In this document: in pieces, positions 38,207 to 50,109 of the stretch
Layout of the letters: each line of letters begins with the position of its first letter
Position numbering within the stretch: the first letter of the stretch is position 1
DNA from: an uncultured delta proteobacterium
Lineage (GTDB): Bacteria; Desulfobacterota; WTBG01; CAIYCZ01
Assembly: GCA_963803975.1 (NCBI GenBank)
Contig: CAWDOY010000047.1
Coordinates: 96,001 to 160,000 of the forward strand
Direction: 5' to 3'
DNA length: 64,000 nt
The notes under the pieces: model-generated
Seen by the model: the letters and a program-made list of their open reading frames with translations, nothing else
What the model was told of the DNA's origin: nothing
Databases searched by the model: none
Position numbers and translations under genes: made by a program

Positions 38207-39346
38207 TTATTTAACCAGCGCAAATGCGCCGCCTTTTACCGTGTACATCTCCAGCGCATCCTTATCAAGTCCCACATGATTGTCGGCAGAATAATTAAAA
38301 ACGCCGCCGGTGCCGACAAAATTTTTCGTGTTTTCGATATAGTCTCTGATCTTTGCCCGGTCCGGCCCCACAGCGCGAAGCGCTGCAATAACCAGGTGTA
38401 TTGCATCATAGGCATGGCCGCCAAAGGTGCTCACGTCCGACTTAAAGCGGCTTTCATAATCTTTCTTGTATGTGGCAAGAAGCGCCTTCTGCGGATGGTC
38501 TGCCGGCAGCGCTTCAACCATGAGCAGCCTCAGGGCCGGGAACATGAGCCCGTCTGCTGAATCGCCTGCGGCCCGGGCATATTTTATGTTGCCGAATCCC
38601 GGGCTCTGGAACAGCGGTATGCTCATCCCGAGCTGCCGCCGGTTTTTAATCACCGTGGTCTGGCCGGGAACAATTGACCAGTTCACCAGCGCCTGAGCAT
38701 CGGTGCCCTTGATTTTGGTGAGCTGTGCCGTCATGTCGGTATCCTTGGGCCCGTAGGTCTCATCTGCCGCAATCGTAATGCCGTACTCCGGAGCAAATCG
38801 CTTGAGCTGCTTGCGGCCTTCCATGCCATAGCCGTCAGTGCTGGAAATAACCGCCACGCTGGTGATGTTCATCTCTTTCAGCTTATCGTAGATCTTGAGC
38901 ACGCCGTGGCTGTCATTCTGGGCGGTCTTGAATACCCATTTCCTGACCGGCCGTACTATTTCCTCTGCTGAAGCACACGAAATCAGCGGCACCTGCGCTT
39001 TCTCCACAATCGGGATGACCGCCATGGTGGTGCCGCTGCGTGTCGGCCCGACAATGGCGAGCACGTTGTCCTTATTAATGAGCTTATTTACCGCAAGTAC
39101 GGTCCGGGTTTCCTCGCCCACCGTATCTTCCACAATGATCTGCAAGGGGTGACCGTTAATGCCGCCCCGGGCATTGATCTCTTCTTCAACCATTCTAACC
39201 GTATTGCGCTCGGGCTCCCCGAGCCATGAAGCCGGCCCGGTTATGGCGAATACGGCGCCGACGACGTAGGGCTCTGCTGCAAAAGAAACTGGTGATAGAG
39301 CGGTGAGCACCGCCAGTGCTGCAAACAATAAAAATAGCTTTTTCAT
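38207..39346 (-). CDS. LivJ-family ABC substrate-binding protein
   Basis: Signal peptide MKKLFLLF...SFA; GAVFAITGPASWLG and GGINGHPL. Confidence 0.9.
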   Translation of the reverse strand: MKKLFLLFAALAVLTALSPVSFAAEPYVVGAVFAITGPASWLGEPERNTVRMVEEEINARGGINGHPLQIIVEDTVGEETRTVLAVNKLINKDNVLAIVGPTRSGTTMAVIPIVEKAQVPLISCASAEEIVRPVRKWVFKTAQNDSHGVLKIYDKLKEMNITSVAVISSTDGYGMEGRKQLKRFAPEYGITIAADETYGPKDTDMTAQLTKIKGTDAQALVNWSIVPGQTTVIKNRRQLGMSIPLFQSPGFGNIKYARAAGDSADGLMFPALRLLMVEALPADHPQKALLATYKKDYESRFKSDVSTFGGHAYDAIHLVIAALRAVGPDRAKIRDYIENTKNFVGTGGVFNYSADNHVGLDKDALEMYTVKGGAFALVK

Positions 39347-39423
39347 AGTACCCCCTGTTCTTGAATGAGTCGTGATTGCAGCGGCCCCACAAAACCCCCG
39401 GCCCCTGGGGATACACCATAAAC

Positions 39424-39455
39424 AACGGGTCACGGGCCACGGGTCACGAGGCACG
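39424..39455. repeat. Tandem heptamers (CACGGGT/C)
   Basis: aacgggt cacgggc cacgggt cacgagg cacg. Confidence 0.6.
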
Positions 39456-39466
39456 TCGTTCACTCC

Positions 39467-39898
39467 CTACAGGCAGTATACTTTTTTTCCCTCCAGCACG
39501 GTAATACCTTTGCTGGTGAGCGTTTTAATGGCTTTATCGATTTCGTCAAAGCGGAAAATGATGACCGCATTGTCAGAGCTGCGCTCGACAAATGCATACA
39601 TATATTCCACGTTGGTGCCTTCCTTCTGCAGAAGGTCAAGGATGTGCGCCAGTCCGCCCGGCCGGTCATTCACCTCTACTGCCACAACCTGGGTCATGCT
39701 GACGGTAAACTGGTTGGACTTGAGCACGCCAATTGCCTTAGCGCTGTCATTTACAATCAGGCGCAGGATGCCAAAGTCTGACGTATCGGCAAGGGAGAGC
39801 GCCCTGATATTTATTCCTGCTGCGCCCAGAACCCTGGTGACTTCAGCAAGACGGCCTGATTTGTTCTCTAAGAAGATGGATATTTGATCTACTTTCAT
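39467..39898 (-). CDS. Tandem ACT-domain protein
   Basis: [21 protein letters not shown] and NVEYMYAF. Confidence 0.9.
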   Translation of the reverse strand: MKVDQISIFLENKSGRLAEVTRVLGAAGINIRALSLADTSDFGILRLIVNDSAKAIGVLKSNQFTVSMTQVVAVEVNDRPGGLAHILDLLQKEGTNVEYMYAFVERSSDNAVIIFRFDEIDKAIKTLTSKGITVLEGKKVYCL

Positions 39899-39915
39899 AA
39901 GTAATTCCTCCCGTT

Positions 39916-39993
39916 ATGGAGTTACGGAGTGCAGGAGTTGCGGAGTTAAAAATATAAACTCCAAAACTCTCCAACTCCACAACTCATCAACTC
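39916..39993. repeat. Palindromic tandem octamer element (xxGGAGTT)4...(AACTCxxx)5
   Basis: atggagtt acggagtg caggagtt gcggagtt ... aaactcca aaactctc caactcca caactcat caactc. Confidence 0.75.
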
Positions 39994-39994
39994 G

Positions 39995-41298
39995 TTATAT
40001 TTTCCTCTTGTCAATCACCCGTTTGGCTTTGCCCTCGCTGCGCTGGATGGTCTTCGGCTCTACCAGCTTACACTTACAGGTAACGCCAAACATCTCTTTT
40101 ATATCCTTTTCAATCCGCTTTTCCAGCCGCTCCAGCTGCTTGATCTCATCTGAGAATACTTTTTCATTCACTTCCACCTGCACCTCGAGCGTATCAAGAT
40201 TGCCTTCCCGGTCCACGATGAGCAGGTAGTGCGGCTCCACCCCTTCAATCTGCATGAGAACGCTCTCAATCTGCGAAGGAAATACATTAACGCCCCTGAT
40301 GATCAGCATGTCATCGGTTCTGCCGGTGATCCGCTGCATGCGCACAAAAGTTCTGCCGCATTTACATATTTCCGGGTAGAGAACTGATATGTCCCGGGTG
40401 CGGTAGCGTATCACCGGGAAGGCCTCTTTGGTGATCGAGGTAAATACCAGTTCGCCCTTCTCGCCGTAGGGCAGCGCCTTACCGGTAGCAGGATCTATAA
40501 TTTCAGGAATGAAGTGGTCTTCAAAAACGTGCAGCCCCTTCTTGGCTTCCAAACATTCGCTGGAGACGCCCGGGCCGATCACTTCGGTCAGCCCGAAAAT
40601 ATCGATGGCGTCAATGTTAAATTTCTTTTCTATCTGCTCGCGCATGTTCTCTGACCAGGGCTCTGCGCCAAAACAGCCCACCCGCAGCTTGAAATCCTTT
40701 GCCGGGTTTAATCCCATTTCTTCCGCCACCTCACCAAGATGCAGTGCATAGGAGGGGGTGCAGGTGATAGCGGTCGGCCCGAAATCCTGCATGATGATAA
40801 TCTGCCGCTTGGTATTGCCCCCGGATATCGGTATAACCGACGCGCCCACCTTTTCCGCACCGTAGTGCAGCCCGAGCCCGCCGGTGAACAGGCCGTAGCC
40901 GTAGGCATTATGCACGATGTCGCCCCGGTGCACACCGGCACAGAACAGGGTCCGCGCTATGAGCTCAGCCCAGGTATCAATATCGCGCTTGGTATAGCCG
41001 ACCACGATCGGTTTTCCCGTGGTTCCCGAAGAAGCGTGAACCCGCACCACCTGTTCCATGGGAACGCTGAACAGGCCAAAGGGATAATTGTCCCGCAGGT
41101 CATTCTTGATGGTGAAGGGCAGAAGCTGCAGATCCTTCAGGTTTTTACGTGTGACGGCTTGACGCCCAGCTCATCAAACTTCTTCTTGTAAAAAGGTACT
41201 GTCTCGTACACCCGCTCAACGGTTGCTTTAAGCCGTTTGAGCTGCAAAGCCTCAAGTGCTTCGCGCGGCAGGGTTTCAAATTCTTCATTCCAGATCAT
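39995..41298 (-). CDS. paaK: Phenylacetate-CoA ligase (frameshift near 41150)
   Basis: RBS GGGAGG and ATG 41298 ([10 protein letters not shown]...); [25 protein letters not shown] and RSEGKAKR. Confidence 0.9.
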
Positions 41299-41394
41299 AA
41301 TAGACCTCCCGTTAAAAGTTTAAAGTCTAAACCCGACGTTACTAAACGCTAAATAAAAACTTTAGAATTGAAACATATTACGAATTTCAGGATT

Positions 41395-41982
41395 TCACCT
41401 TGTGTTTCTGCCCAGCATAAATGCCTTGATATTAACATCAACCAGTTTCGGTGGAAGCATTGAGGAAATGACTTCCTTCCACAGGTTCTCATCCACACCA
41501 AAATGTTTGGACAGCGCCCCCAGAAAAGCCACATTCAACGCCCGGGCGTTTCCCGCCTGTTTGGCAATATCCAGGGCATCAACAATCTCAACCCGTGAGA
41601 AGCGCTCGCGCAGCAGCTCCGGCAACTGCTCCGGATAGGTATCGACACCCAGGGTAACGGAGGGCGGCAGCACCTTCTGCTTGTTGACAATGAGCAGCGC
41701 ATCGCTGCGCAGAAAATCAAGGTAGCGCACGGACTCGAGCAGCTCGAAGGAGAAGAGCACGTCTGCATCACCTTTTTTAATAAGGGGCGAATAGACTTTC
41801 GGCCCGAACCGGACATGGCTGCTGACGCTTCCCCCGCGCTGCGCCATGCCGTGCACTTCGCTCTTCTTGACATCATGTCCCGCGCGCATCATCACTTCCG
41901 ATATGATTTCGCTGGCAAGGATAACACCCTGTCCCCCCACGCCCACCATGAGAATATTCTGTACCCGGTCAGTTGTTTCCAT
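41395..41982 (-). CDS. iorB: Indolepyruvate:ferredoxin oxidoreductase beta subunit
   Basis: GVGGQGVILAS and KKSEVHGMAQRGGSV. Confidence 0.93.
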   Translation of the reverse strand: METTDRVQNILMVGVGGQGVILASEIISEVMMRAGHDVKKSEVHGMAQRGGSVSSHVRFGPKVYSPLIKKGDADVLFSFELLESVRYLDFLRSDALLIVNKQKVLPPSVTLGVDTYPEQLPELLRERFSRVEIVDALDIAKQAGNARALNVAFLGALSKHFGVDENLWKEVISSMLPPKLVDVNIKAFMLGRNTR

Positions 41983-43767
41983 CTTTTTTCCTTATCGCAC
42001 CTTTCCTGCAAAGCTGTGAACAGAGTTCGCATCCGATACACAGACTCGGGTTGACGAATGCCTCACCCTTCTTTTTCTTCAGTTCTGCCTGGTCCTGCGG
42101 CAACAGCGTGACCCATTCAAGAGCCGGACAGCCGAGCTGCAGGCAGGCTTTGCAGCCGATGCATTCACTGCTCTCCACATATAACAGGGGCCGCTGCGCC
42201 CCCTTTTCGACCCGCCGGTACAGCACACAGGGAGAGTCGGTAATGATGACCGAGGGCTCAGGCCGGTTGAGCTCCTTTTTGAGGACTGTATTAAGTTTTT
42301 TCAGGTCAAAGGGATCAACCTTTTTGACGTTCTTTATGCCCAGCGCTTTAACAAGTTTTACATAATCAACTTTGGTTGTTTTTTCTTCCCTGATGGTCAT
42401 GCCGGTACCGGGGTGGTCCTGCCTGCCGGTCATGGCCGTGGTCCAGTTATCAAGTATTATAATCGTGCAGGCGCCGCGGTTATACGCCACATCAAGCAGC
42501 CCGGTAATACCGGAGTGGAGAAACGTTGAATCCCCGATCACTGCCACCACGCGGCCAAGCGCCGCGCTCCCCAGCGCCTTGTCCAGGCCCATGGCGTGCC
42601 CTATGCTCGCCCCCATGCAGATACAGGTATCAACTGCTTTGAGCGGCGGCAGGCAGGCAAGCGTGTAGCAGCCGATATCACCGGCGACAAACACTTTCAG
42701 TTTATTCAGAGCATAAAACAGCCCCCGGTGCGGGCAGCCCGGACACATGGTGGGCGGCCGCGGCGGAAGATAGGGCAGCGCAGCTCCTTTTTTTTCTGCC
42801 CCGGCGGCCCCGCCGATGCCCTGCTCCGCAGTGCCCGGATCAAATTCCCCGCAGGAGGGAAATACCTCTTTGCCGATTATCTCGATGCCGAGCGCCTTCA
42901 CCTGCTCTTCAAAAAACGGGTCAAGCTCCTCAAAGGCGTAGAGCTTTTTCACCTGGCGGGCAAATTCTTTAATCTTCTTTTTGGGAAGGGGATACACCAT
43001 GCCCAGCTTCAGAAATGAATAGCCGGGGAAGGCCTCCCGTGCGTACTGGTAACAGGTGCCGCTGGCGATAATGCCCACGGACGGGTCCTGCAGTTCCACG
43101 CGGTTTTCCGGCAAAATCTTCAGCAAAGGCTTCCAGATCCTTTATGCGCTGCTCCACCAGGGGGTGGCGCTGCCGCGCGTGGGCAGGGACCATAACATAT
43201 TTGCTCGGCTGTTTTTCCAGGGCGGGCGCGGCAGGGCGCTGCTGCGGCTCAGAGAGCTCTACAATCGATTTGGAATGGGAAACGCGCGTGGTGGTGCGCA
43301 CGAATACCGGCGTGTCAAAGCGCTCGCTCAGCTCGAAGGCCAGTTTTAATATAGTCCTTGGCCTCCTGGCTGTCAGCGGGCTCCAGCATGGGGACTTTTG
43401 CAAACTTTGCGTAATTCCGGTTGTCCTGCTCATTCTGTGAGCTGTGCATCTCCGGGTCATCCGCGGTCACAATGACCAGCCCGCCCTTGATGCCGGTGTA
43501 GGAGACCGTAAACAGCGGGTCTGCCGCTACATTCACCCCCACATGCTTCATGGCGGCAAGGGCCCTGCGGCCGCCGATGGCTGCGCCGGTGGCTACCTCC
43601 AGCGCGACCTTTTCATTGGGCGACCACTCGGCATAAACGCCTTCGTAGGTGGCCATGTTTTCCAGTATCTCGGTGCTCGGCGTTCCCGGATAGGCGGTTG
43701 CCACTGCCACGCCAGCCTCATACGCACCCCGCGCAATTGCTTCATTTCCCGTGAGAATAACTTTCAT
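41969..43767 (-). CDS. iorA: Indolepyruvate:ferredoxin oxidoreductase alpha subunit (frameshifts near 43345 and 43120)
   Basis: GNEAIARG, YPGTPSTEI, NEKVALE, MKHVGVN, MCPGCPH, GDIGC, GDSTFLHSG and C-terminal 2x[4Fe-4S] motifs. Confidence 0.92.
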
Positions 43768-43867
43768 GGCTTTGCTGTCACCTTTCCCGTAGTATGGATA
43801 TTGCGGCTGTGCTGTGCAGCCGAGATTGACAGTCTAATTTTTTTGAACGATTTTTGCAACAGGAATT

Positions 43868-43900
43868 AAAAAAAGGGTGAGTGTTTTATCACTCACCCTT
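43868..43900 (-). terminator. Intrinsic terminator of the porin gene
   Basis: AAGGGTGAGTG-ataaaa-CACTCACCCTTTTTTT on the minus strand. Confidence 0.8.
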
Positions 43901-43923
43901 CAGATACTGCAGCAGAGCTATGG

Positions 43924-45308
43924 TTAGTAGAAAAGAATCAGTTCTACAAATCCATAGTTGTTATCCGTATTTCCCTTATAACCCTTGGGATCATCCAAAT
44001 ACAGGAAGTAGTATTCAAAGAACAGCTTAACCTGCGGATGAATGGTATAGACTATTAACGGCGAGAAACAAGACCGGTCCCAGGCGCGCTTGCGTTTATG
44101 TCCGGATAGCGCTGCTGATCGTACTGGGCCTTTTCGTATTTAACGTAGAAGTCGGTATTAAACTGTTTCAGCTTGTAGCCGGCCATGGCATACCACCAGT
44201 TGGCCTTCACGTCGGAAACCTGGCCCCAGAAGTACTGGCTCTGGAAGTGGAACGGGCCGCGCTTGTACTCGAGGTCAAACCCGGTTCTCCACTCGCGGTT
44301 ATTGGTAGCGGGGTTGCCCAATGGATTACCCGCTGTTCCCGGGTTTCTTCCCATCATGGAATTAAAGGCTGCCATATCAGCGTTGCTGAGGCGCTGATGG
44401 TAGCCGGTGACGCCTGCTTCAAGTCCTTCAATAGGCGCATAGGCAAGACGCATGCTGAGCGCCTTGTTGCTGTTGTCGTCAATGTTCATCTGGTTCTGTC
44501 TCAGATACCTGATGCCGGCCGGGCGGGCGCCGAAGCGCTGGGCTGATGACAGTGACCAGCCGTTGAACACGGCAAAGTTGGCCTTAAACCGGTTCCACTT
44601 GGTCAGATACTGGATACCGGTGATGCGGGACTGGCTGTTGCTCTCGTGGAAGAGACCATAGTCGCTGTATACACGGTCCGGACCGGTGGGGGAGATGCCG
44701 TACGCAAAGTTTCTGAATTTTCCTACCTGCAGCATGCCTTTTACCGGACCACCGAAATCGTTCAGCAGGCAGAACTCATGCCGGAATTCCGCGAACGCGC
44801 TTTCAATAAAGGTGGTCGGTCCTGCCCAGTTTTTATAATCACTGAACCCGACACCATCAGGAGCATTGCCGCTCGGATGCCACCATACATGGAACTCGCC
44901 GGATATATTTTTGGTAATGTCATAGCGCAGGTTGAACGCAATCTCGGTGACGTCAAACGTGGAGGCTTCCTGCTGTCCATCCTGCAGCCTGCTCCTTACA
45001 TAGCCGCCCAGTTTCAAGCGGCCGAATTTCTTTGCCAGGTCATCAATCACCTTGTAGCGGCTTGAAACCTCGGCCATCTTGGTTTCCACCTGCTGCTGGG
45101 TGTTTGCTGACTGCTGCTGGGCAACAGCTGCGTCCTCTTTGGTCTTTTTGAGCTGGGACTCCATATCGTCGAGCTTCTGCTGCAGCTCATCCATCTGCTT
45201 TTTCAGCACTGATATCTGGCTCTCGACACTTGCCGCAGATGCATAATACGGAATGCACAAAGGCAAAATAAAGAGCATTGCTGAAATGAGTACTATTAAT
45301 TTTTTCAA
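43924..45308 (-). CDS. Outer-membrane beta-barrel porin with N-terminal coiled coil (frameshift near 44088)
   Basis: Signal peptide, coiled coil, LKLGGYVRSR and amphipathic strands. Restored C-terminus ...NYGFVELILFY* ends in an aromatic residue. Confidence 0.75.
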
Positions 45309-45370
45309 GGTTAACCCTCCTCTAAATAGTTACAATATAAATTGTATATCTTTTTTCCCCACGAACGAAC

Positions 45371-45900
45371 TTATTCTTCGGCAGCCGGTGGCGGAGTAGC
45401 TGACAACTCAATCTTTATCGTGAAAGCTGAAAGGAGGTATTATATCAGTAGGATCCAGGTTGCTGACGCTGGTCACGATCAGCCCAAGGGCTGCGAAACC
45501 GAAATTTGACTTGATGGGGATTTTAGTCACTATGGGCAGCGGGTAGGTATTGCTTGCCAGGATATAGTTCGGTGTCCCGTCAATAGCGTAGTAGAAGCCG
45601 AACAGCATATAGCTGTCTTTATAGGTAAAGCTTTTTGATTTATCCTGCGGCGTAATGGTAACGGTAAAGGTGTCGGAAGCATCGCCCAGCGCGACGAGCA
45701 GTGTCGTGGCTATGGGCGCCAGCTCCTGGGTGTTGAAAAGGTCATTGACGTAGAAATTGTCCTGCTTGACGCTGGGTGGGCTCATGATAAAAAGCTTGTC
45801 CAGATCCGTCTGGGCGCTGGCAATCGAAGCACATACCGGCAGATTGCCATGAGAACGGTTAGTACAGATAGACAAATGCTCTTTTTTTCAAGTACTTCAT
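45371..45900 (-). CDS. Hypothetical exported protein (frameshifts near both ends)
   Basis: RBS GGGAGG and ATG 45900; signal-like ...ASIASA|QTDL; body in ORF 45408-45875. Confidence 0.55.
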
Positions 45901-46245
45901 GTCTGTCCCTCCCATTAAATTAAATTGTATTTTGGTTTGTAACCCCTGTCAGAGCTTTTTCAGGCGGGCATAGAACCACCAGCGGTTCTATGGTAATTGT
46001 TGCCCTGTATAGTATAGGTATATTGATATGTCAAATAAAAAATTATGTTTTTTTAAATAATTTTTAGTCGTAAAAATGCTATGAGATGGTGAACGGTCTC
46101 TATGCTTTTCTGTTTCTTCACTTTTTTACTATCAAAAACTACTCAGTTGTGTTATCCGTAAAACCCCGTGAGCAGCGCCGCAAAAGCACTGCTTGTAGCC
46201 CTGCGGTATGCGCGCCATGATAACTTTTTATAAAAGGAGCAGCCG

Positions 46246-47910
46246 GTGAGTAAAAAATTATTTGTAACAGCTCTACTGCTAAATGCTTTTGTTTTTATGT
46301 GTTGTCATGCGGCATTCGCCAGCGAGTTGCGTATTGCTATCTTCCCGTTTTCCGTCCACACCCAGGATGACATTTCCTATATCCGGGACGGCATAACATC
46401 GCTGCTGCCCTCACGGATTGCAGTAAGCGGCAGGCTTTCAGTTATTGACAGCTTTCTGATCCGCAGTGAGCTGGGCAAACTTCCGGCAGAGCATCCGCTC
46501 ACGGCAGATGTGGCGCTCGGGAAAAAACTGAACGCGGATTATATCCTCATCGGCAGCATCACCAAGATCGGCGCCAATGTGAGCCTGGATACGCGCCTGG
46601 TCAATACTGCCTCTCCTGATGATGTCACACCGTTTTTCATCCAGAGCATCGGCTTAAATGACATGCTTCCCCAGCTCACTTCCTTTGGCGCCCGGGTTCG
46701 GCAGAAAATCCTCGGCGGCGGCCCTGAAACAGATGCCGCTGCGGCGCAGCAAGCGCCGGCGCGGCAAAAACTGCGGGCTCCGGCGATGAACCAGGCCCCT
46801 GACGAAACGCTTGAAGCACCCCTTGAACCTGAATACCAGACCGTGGTGCAGCCGCGGGCGGAAAAAAGGCCCCCGCTGTTTGACGCCGCGCCCTTTTATA
46901 CGCTGGATATTGATGGTGAATCACTGAGCTGTATGACCGCGGCAGATGTTGACGGCGACGGCGCGAAGGAACTGCTGCTGTCCGCTGCGCACAGAATTAT
47001 TGTTTATAAATGGGCTGAAGGCGCCCTTAAGCAGAGCGGGGAAATAAAAACCGATATCGGAGAGCACATTGTCCACATAGATACGGCGGATACCAACAAA
47101 AACGGGCGGGATGAAATTTTCGTCACAAGCTTTGAGAAGAGCGCTCCCAATTCGTTTGTGCTTGAAGCGGCAGAGGCAGGAGCATACTCCCGGCTCGCAA
47201 AGTCCCAGCGCTGGTTTTTCAGGATATACCAGCCTCCGGGAAAACGGCTCATGATAATGGGACAACATGCCGGCGAGACCAGTCCCTTTGGCAATGTGAT
47301 CTACACTTTTTCCTGGAAAAACGGGGTACTGGAAGCGCGCAATGAATTCCTGATTCCGGAGTCCCTGCAGCTTTACAGCTTTCTGCAGGCAGACCTCGAA
47401 GGCGACGGCAGTCTTGAATATATTGCGTTTGACAAGGGGGTGTTCAGCTATCAGTATCAGCTGACCATTTTTTCCGGCCTGGGCAGGATGCGCTGGCGCG
47501 ACCAGCACCTTAAACTGGGCGGCGAAGTTAATTATTTTACCAAACGCGTCTACGCGAACGATATTGAACAGAAAGAGTTCCTGCCCATGCGCATCCTGTG
47601 TGATGATTACAACCAGGACGGCAGGCTCGACTTCATCGCCGGCCGCAACTCCAAAAAAGGCAATCTTCTCAGTAAGAGGATGAGCGGCTACAACCAGGGA
47701 GAAGTATGCTGCCTCAACTGGGACGGATATGATCTTGCCCAAAACTGGTCAAGCGGACTGCTGGGCGGTTACGTAACTGATTACGGGGTGTTCGATTTTG
47801 ACGGGGATGGGCAGAAAGAGATTTTTGTTTTATCTGTTTCAGAATCAGGAATTTTGAGCAAGGTAAAAAACCGGCTGTCCGTCTTCAAGCAGGCAGCAGC
47901 AGCGCATTAA
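46246..47910 (+). CDS. Exported FG-GAP/VCBS beta-propeller protein with N-terminal TolB-N/CsgG-like domain
   Basis: Signal peptide; RIAIFPF...ADYILIGSITKIG; repeats DVDGDGAKE, DTNKNGRDE, DLEGDGSLE, DYNQDGRLD and DFDGDGQKE. Confidence 0.82.
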   Translation: MSKKLFVTALLLNAFVFMCCHAAFASELRIAIFPFSVHTQDDISYIRDGITSLLPSRIAVSGRLSVIDSFLIRSELGKLPAEHPLTADVALGKKLNADYILIGSITKIGANVSLDTRLVNTASPDDVTPFFIQSIGLNDMLPQLTSFGARVRQKILGGGPETDAAAAQQAPARQKLRAPAMNQAPDETLEAPLEPEYQTVVQPRAEKRPPLFDAAPFYTLDIDGESLSCMTAADVDGDGAKELLLSAAHRIIVYKWAEGALKQSGEIKTDIGEHIVHIDTADTNKNGRDEIFVTSFEKSAPNSFVLEAAEAGAYSRLAKSQRWFFRIYQPPGKRLMIMGQHAGETSPFGNVIYTFSWKNGVLEARNEFLIPESLQLYSFLQADLEGDGSLEYIAFDKGVFSYQYQLTIFSGLGRMRWRDQHLKLGGEVNYFTKRVYANDIEQKEFLPMRILCDDYNQDGRLDFIAGRNSKKGNLLSKRMSGYNQGEVCCLNWDGYDLAQNWSSGLLGGYVTDYGVFDFDGDGQKEIFVLSVSESGILSKVKNRLSVFKQAAAAH

Positions 47911-47991
47911 AAATAATGATAATGCGACTGGATACTACATTGGTAATGCATGAAAGCCCGTGATCTATAATCTTTACTGGAACCTTATCTA

Positions 47992-48150
47992 CTATCAGGT
48001 TATTGAAAAAGTAGTTTCTCCCAGGCTGGTCAAAAACATCCAGATGCAAGGCGCGCGAAATCAAGAGGAATGAGGCGTACTTTACAGTACGTCGCAATGA
48101 CGAAGGATGAGCGCAACGAAGCAGATGGGCGTTTTTCAACAGCCTGTTAG
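47992..48150. mobile_element. MITE-like non-autonomous element, copy 1
   Basis: Ends ctatcaggttattgaaaaa...tttttcaacagcctgttag; highly similar to 54235-54430. Confidence 0.75.
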
Positions 48151-48696
48151 GTGCTGGTCAGTACCTGATTCAGTATTCCCTCGGGGAAGCTTAAAAACCG
48201 CGCTTTTTCCACCTCAATTTTAATAATATCCATGGGAGTTCGGATTGCCTTGAGGTTCATCTGCTTCAGGTCCTGCCGCTCCTCCAGATTCATGATTCTC
48301 CTGGCCTCTTCGTATAACGGACCATCCTGCGGCTTTATAATGACCGCTTTCCCCCATACCTGCAGGCCGGTCACAGACTGAAACCCGGTGTATTCACCCA
48401 CGATGCTCAGTGATACGTTCGGGTTGTCCCTGATATTTTTTACCTTGCCGCCTCCCTCGGTAAGAATATACAGGGTAAGCCCCCGGCTCCGGTAGCGCAC
48501 CGGCGTTGAGCGGGGTATATTCTGCGCGCAGGTGGCCAGGGTGCAGATTTTCTGCTCCTGCAGAAAGCTTATTATCCGTTCCTTTAATTCCTCCTGCGGT
48601 AAGCCGTTTGATTTTTCCCTTCAGTAAGGTTACAAAATCATTTTCAAGCTTTTCATTGTAATCGCTTTCCATGTTTTCCAGGCGTTCATCACTCAT
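48147..48696 (-). CDS. Pyridoxamine 5'-phosphate oxidase-like (split barrel) protein; frameshift near 48580
   Basis: ...ICTLATCAQNIPRSTPVRY...LYILTEGGGKVKNIRDNPNVSL...GLQVWGKA. Confidence 0.75.
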
Positions 48697-48839
48697 GGCT
48701 ACAATCCATCCTAACCCGGACAAGCCGGAACCAAGGTTAACCGCAAAGATAAAAAAGAACAAAGAAGATTGAATTGGAACTCAGGAACTCACAAAGGTAA
48801 AAACAAATCCTGATTTCTTGAGTTCCAGATGCGGCTCAG

Positions 48840-49848
48840 TTATTCCTGGTACTCCTCAAACTCTGCGTCAGGTTCTGCAAGCCCGTCACCGGAACCAAAT
48901 TCCATGGCCTGCACCATTTCCGGGTATGAGGATTTAATGCCTGCAGGAAAACATTCATCGGTGTCAGTTACCGGCTGATCATCAGCTTCCGGATCCTGCA
49001 TAACCGTGTCGATATAATTTTCTGCCCGCTGCAGCATTTCGTGCGAAAGAGCTGCCGTGGCACCGTCAGCATCTTTTCCTTTTGCCACTTGCATGCAATA
49101 CTTCTTCCGCCAGGCGCTCATAGTCACAGTGCCCGTTTGACCGCTTGTCATACATGCCCACCGGCAGGCCGTAATCAACCGTTTCCCGAAGCCTGATGTT
49201 GTAGCGGACTATGGTATTAAACACATTCTCGCCGAATTCCTCGGTAACCTTTTCCAGAACCCGGCGCGAGTATTTAGTCCTGCTGTCAAACATGGTGACG
49301 AGCGCGCGGGACACAATATCATGACCCAGCTTATCCTTAAGCAGCATTATTATTTCTATCAGCTTGGCCACCCCGCGCAGCGAAAAGAGGCTCATATCAA
49401 TGGGGATAATGACCTCCTGGCTTACCCGGAGCGCATTAAAGCAGAGCAGCCCGATGCTGGGCGGGCAATCAATAATCAGGAAATCATAGGGGGTTTTAAG
49501 AGCGGCAATCGCCTCCAGCAGCCGGTCTTCCCTGCCGTCCCTGCCGGCCAGCTCCTGCTCAACGGCACTCAGTATGACACTGGACGGTGCCAGGCTGAAG
49601 CGTTCATTTATCGCAACCGCAATGGTATCGATCCCGGCGTTTTCGTCTTTATGCGGGCTCAACACGTCATACATCGTGCCCTCAAGTTCTGACGACTTTC
49701 TCTTCAGACCCATGGTAGCGTGTGCCTGCGGGTCGCAATCAATCAGCAGCACCCGCTGGTTTCTGAGAGACAGGGAATAAGCGAGGTTGATGGCCGTTGT
49801 GGTCTTGCCGCACCCGCCTTTTTGATTTGCTACAGCAATTATGCGCAT
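48840..49848 (-). CDS. ParA/Soj-family ATPase with acidic C-terminal extension (frameshift near 49090)
   Basis: NQKGGCGKTTT, LLIDCDPQAHAT and IIDCPPS. Confidence 0.85.
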
Positions 49849-50109
49849 GAAAGCTCTCCTTGGTTTTGTTTTAAAATTATCACCACAGAGGTCACAAAAA
49901 AAATCATTATTACGTATTTAAAAAAGAACACAGAAATCCTCTCTGCATTTTCTGCAATCTCGGCTGTCCTTATTTATTTATATCAAAAGTAAAATTTTCG
50001 TCAAGGGAAAAATACTATATATAGTGGCCAAAACAAAAAATAACCACTATTTATGGGGCACATCAAGGATAAGGCCAGGAAAGGTGGTTGTAGCAGCAAC
50101 GGGAAAAAA

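Noticed and set aside
35714..39993. Short repeats as CRISPR arrays
   Set aside because: The units are contiguous 7-9-mers without unique spacers, and there are no cas genes.
46921..47742. 273-aa antisense ORF and the many other overlapping ORFs in the track
   Set aside because: Shadow ORFs opposite or within well-supported genes.
47885..48139. 84-aa ORF, and the similar 80-aa ORF at 54274-54516
   Set aside because: These are translations of the MITE-like repeat with no RBS or domain evidence.
48840..49848. ParA as a sign of a plasmid or prophage partition locus
   Set aside because: No parB, parS or rep gene is nearby, and it sits next to housekeeping lgt-lspA-ileS.
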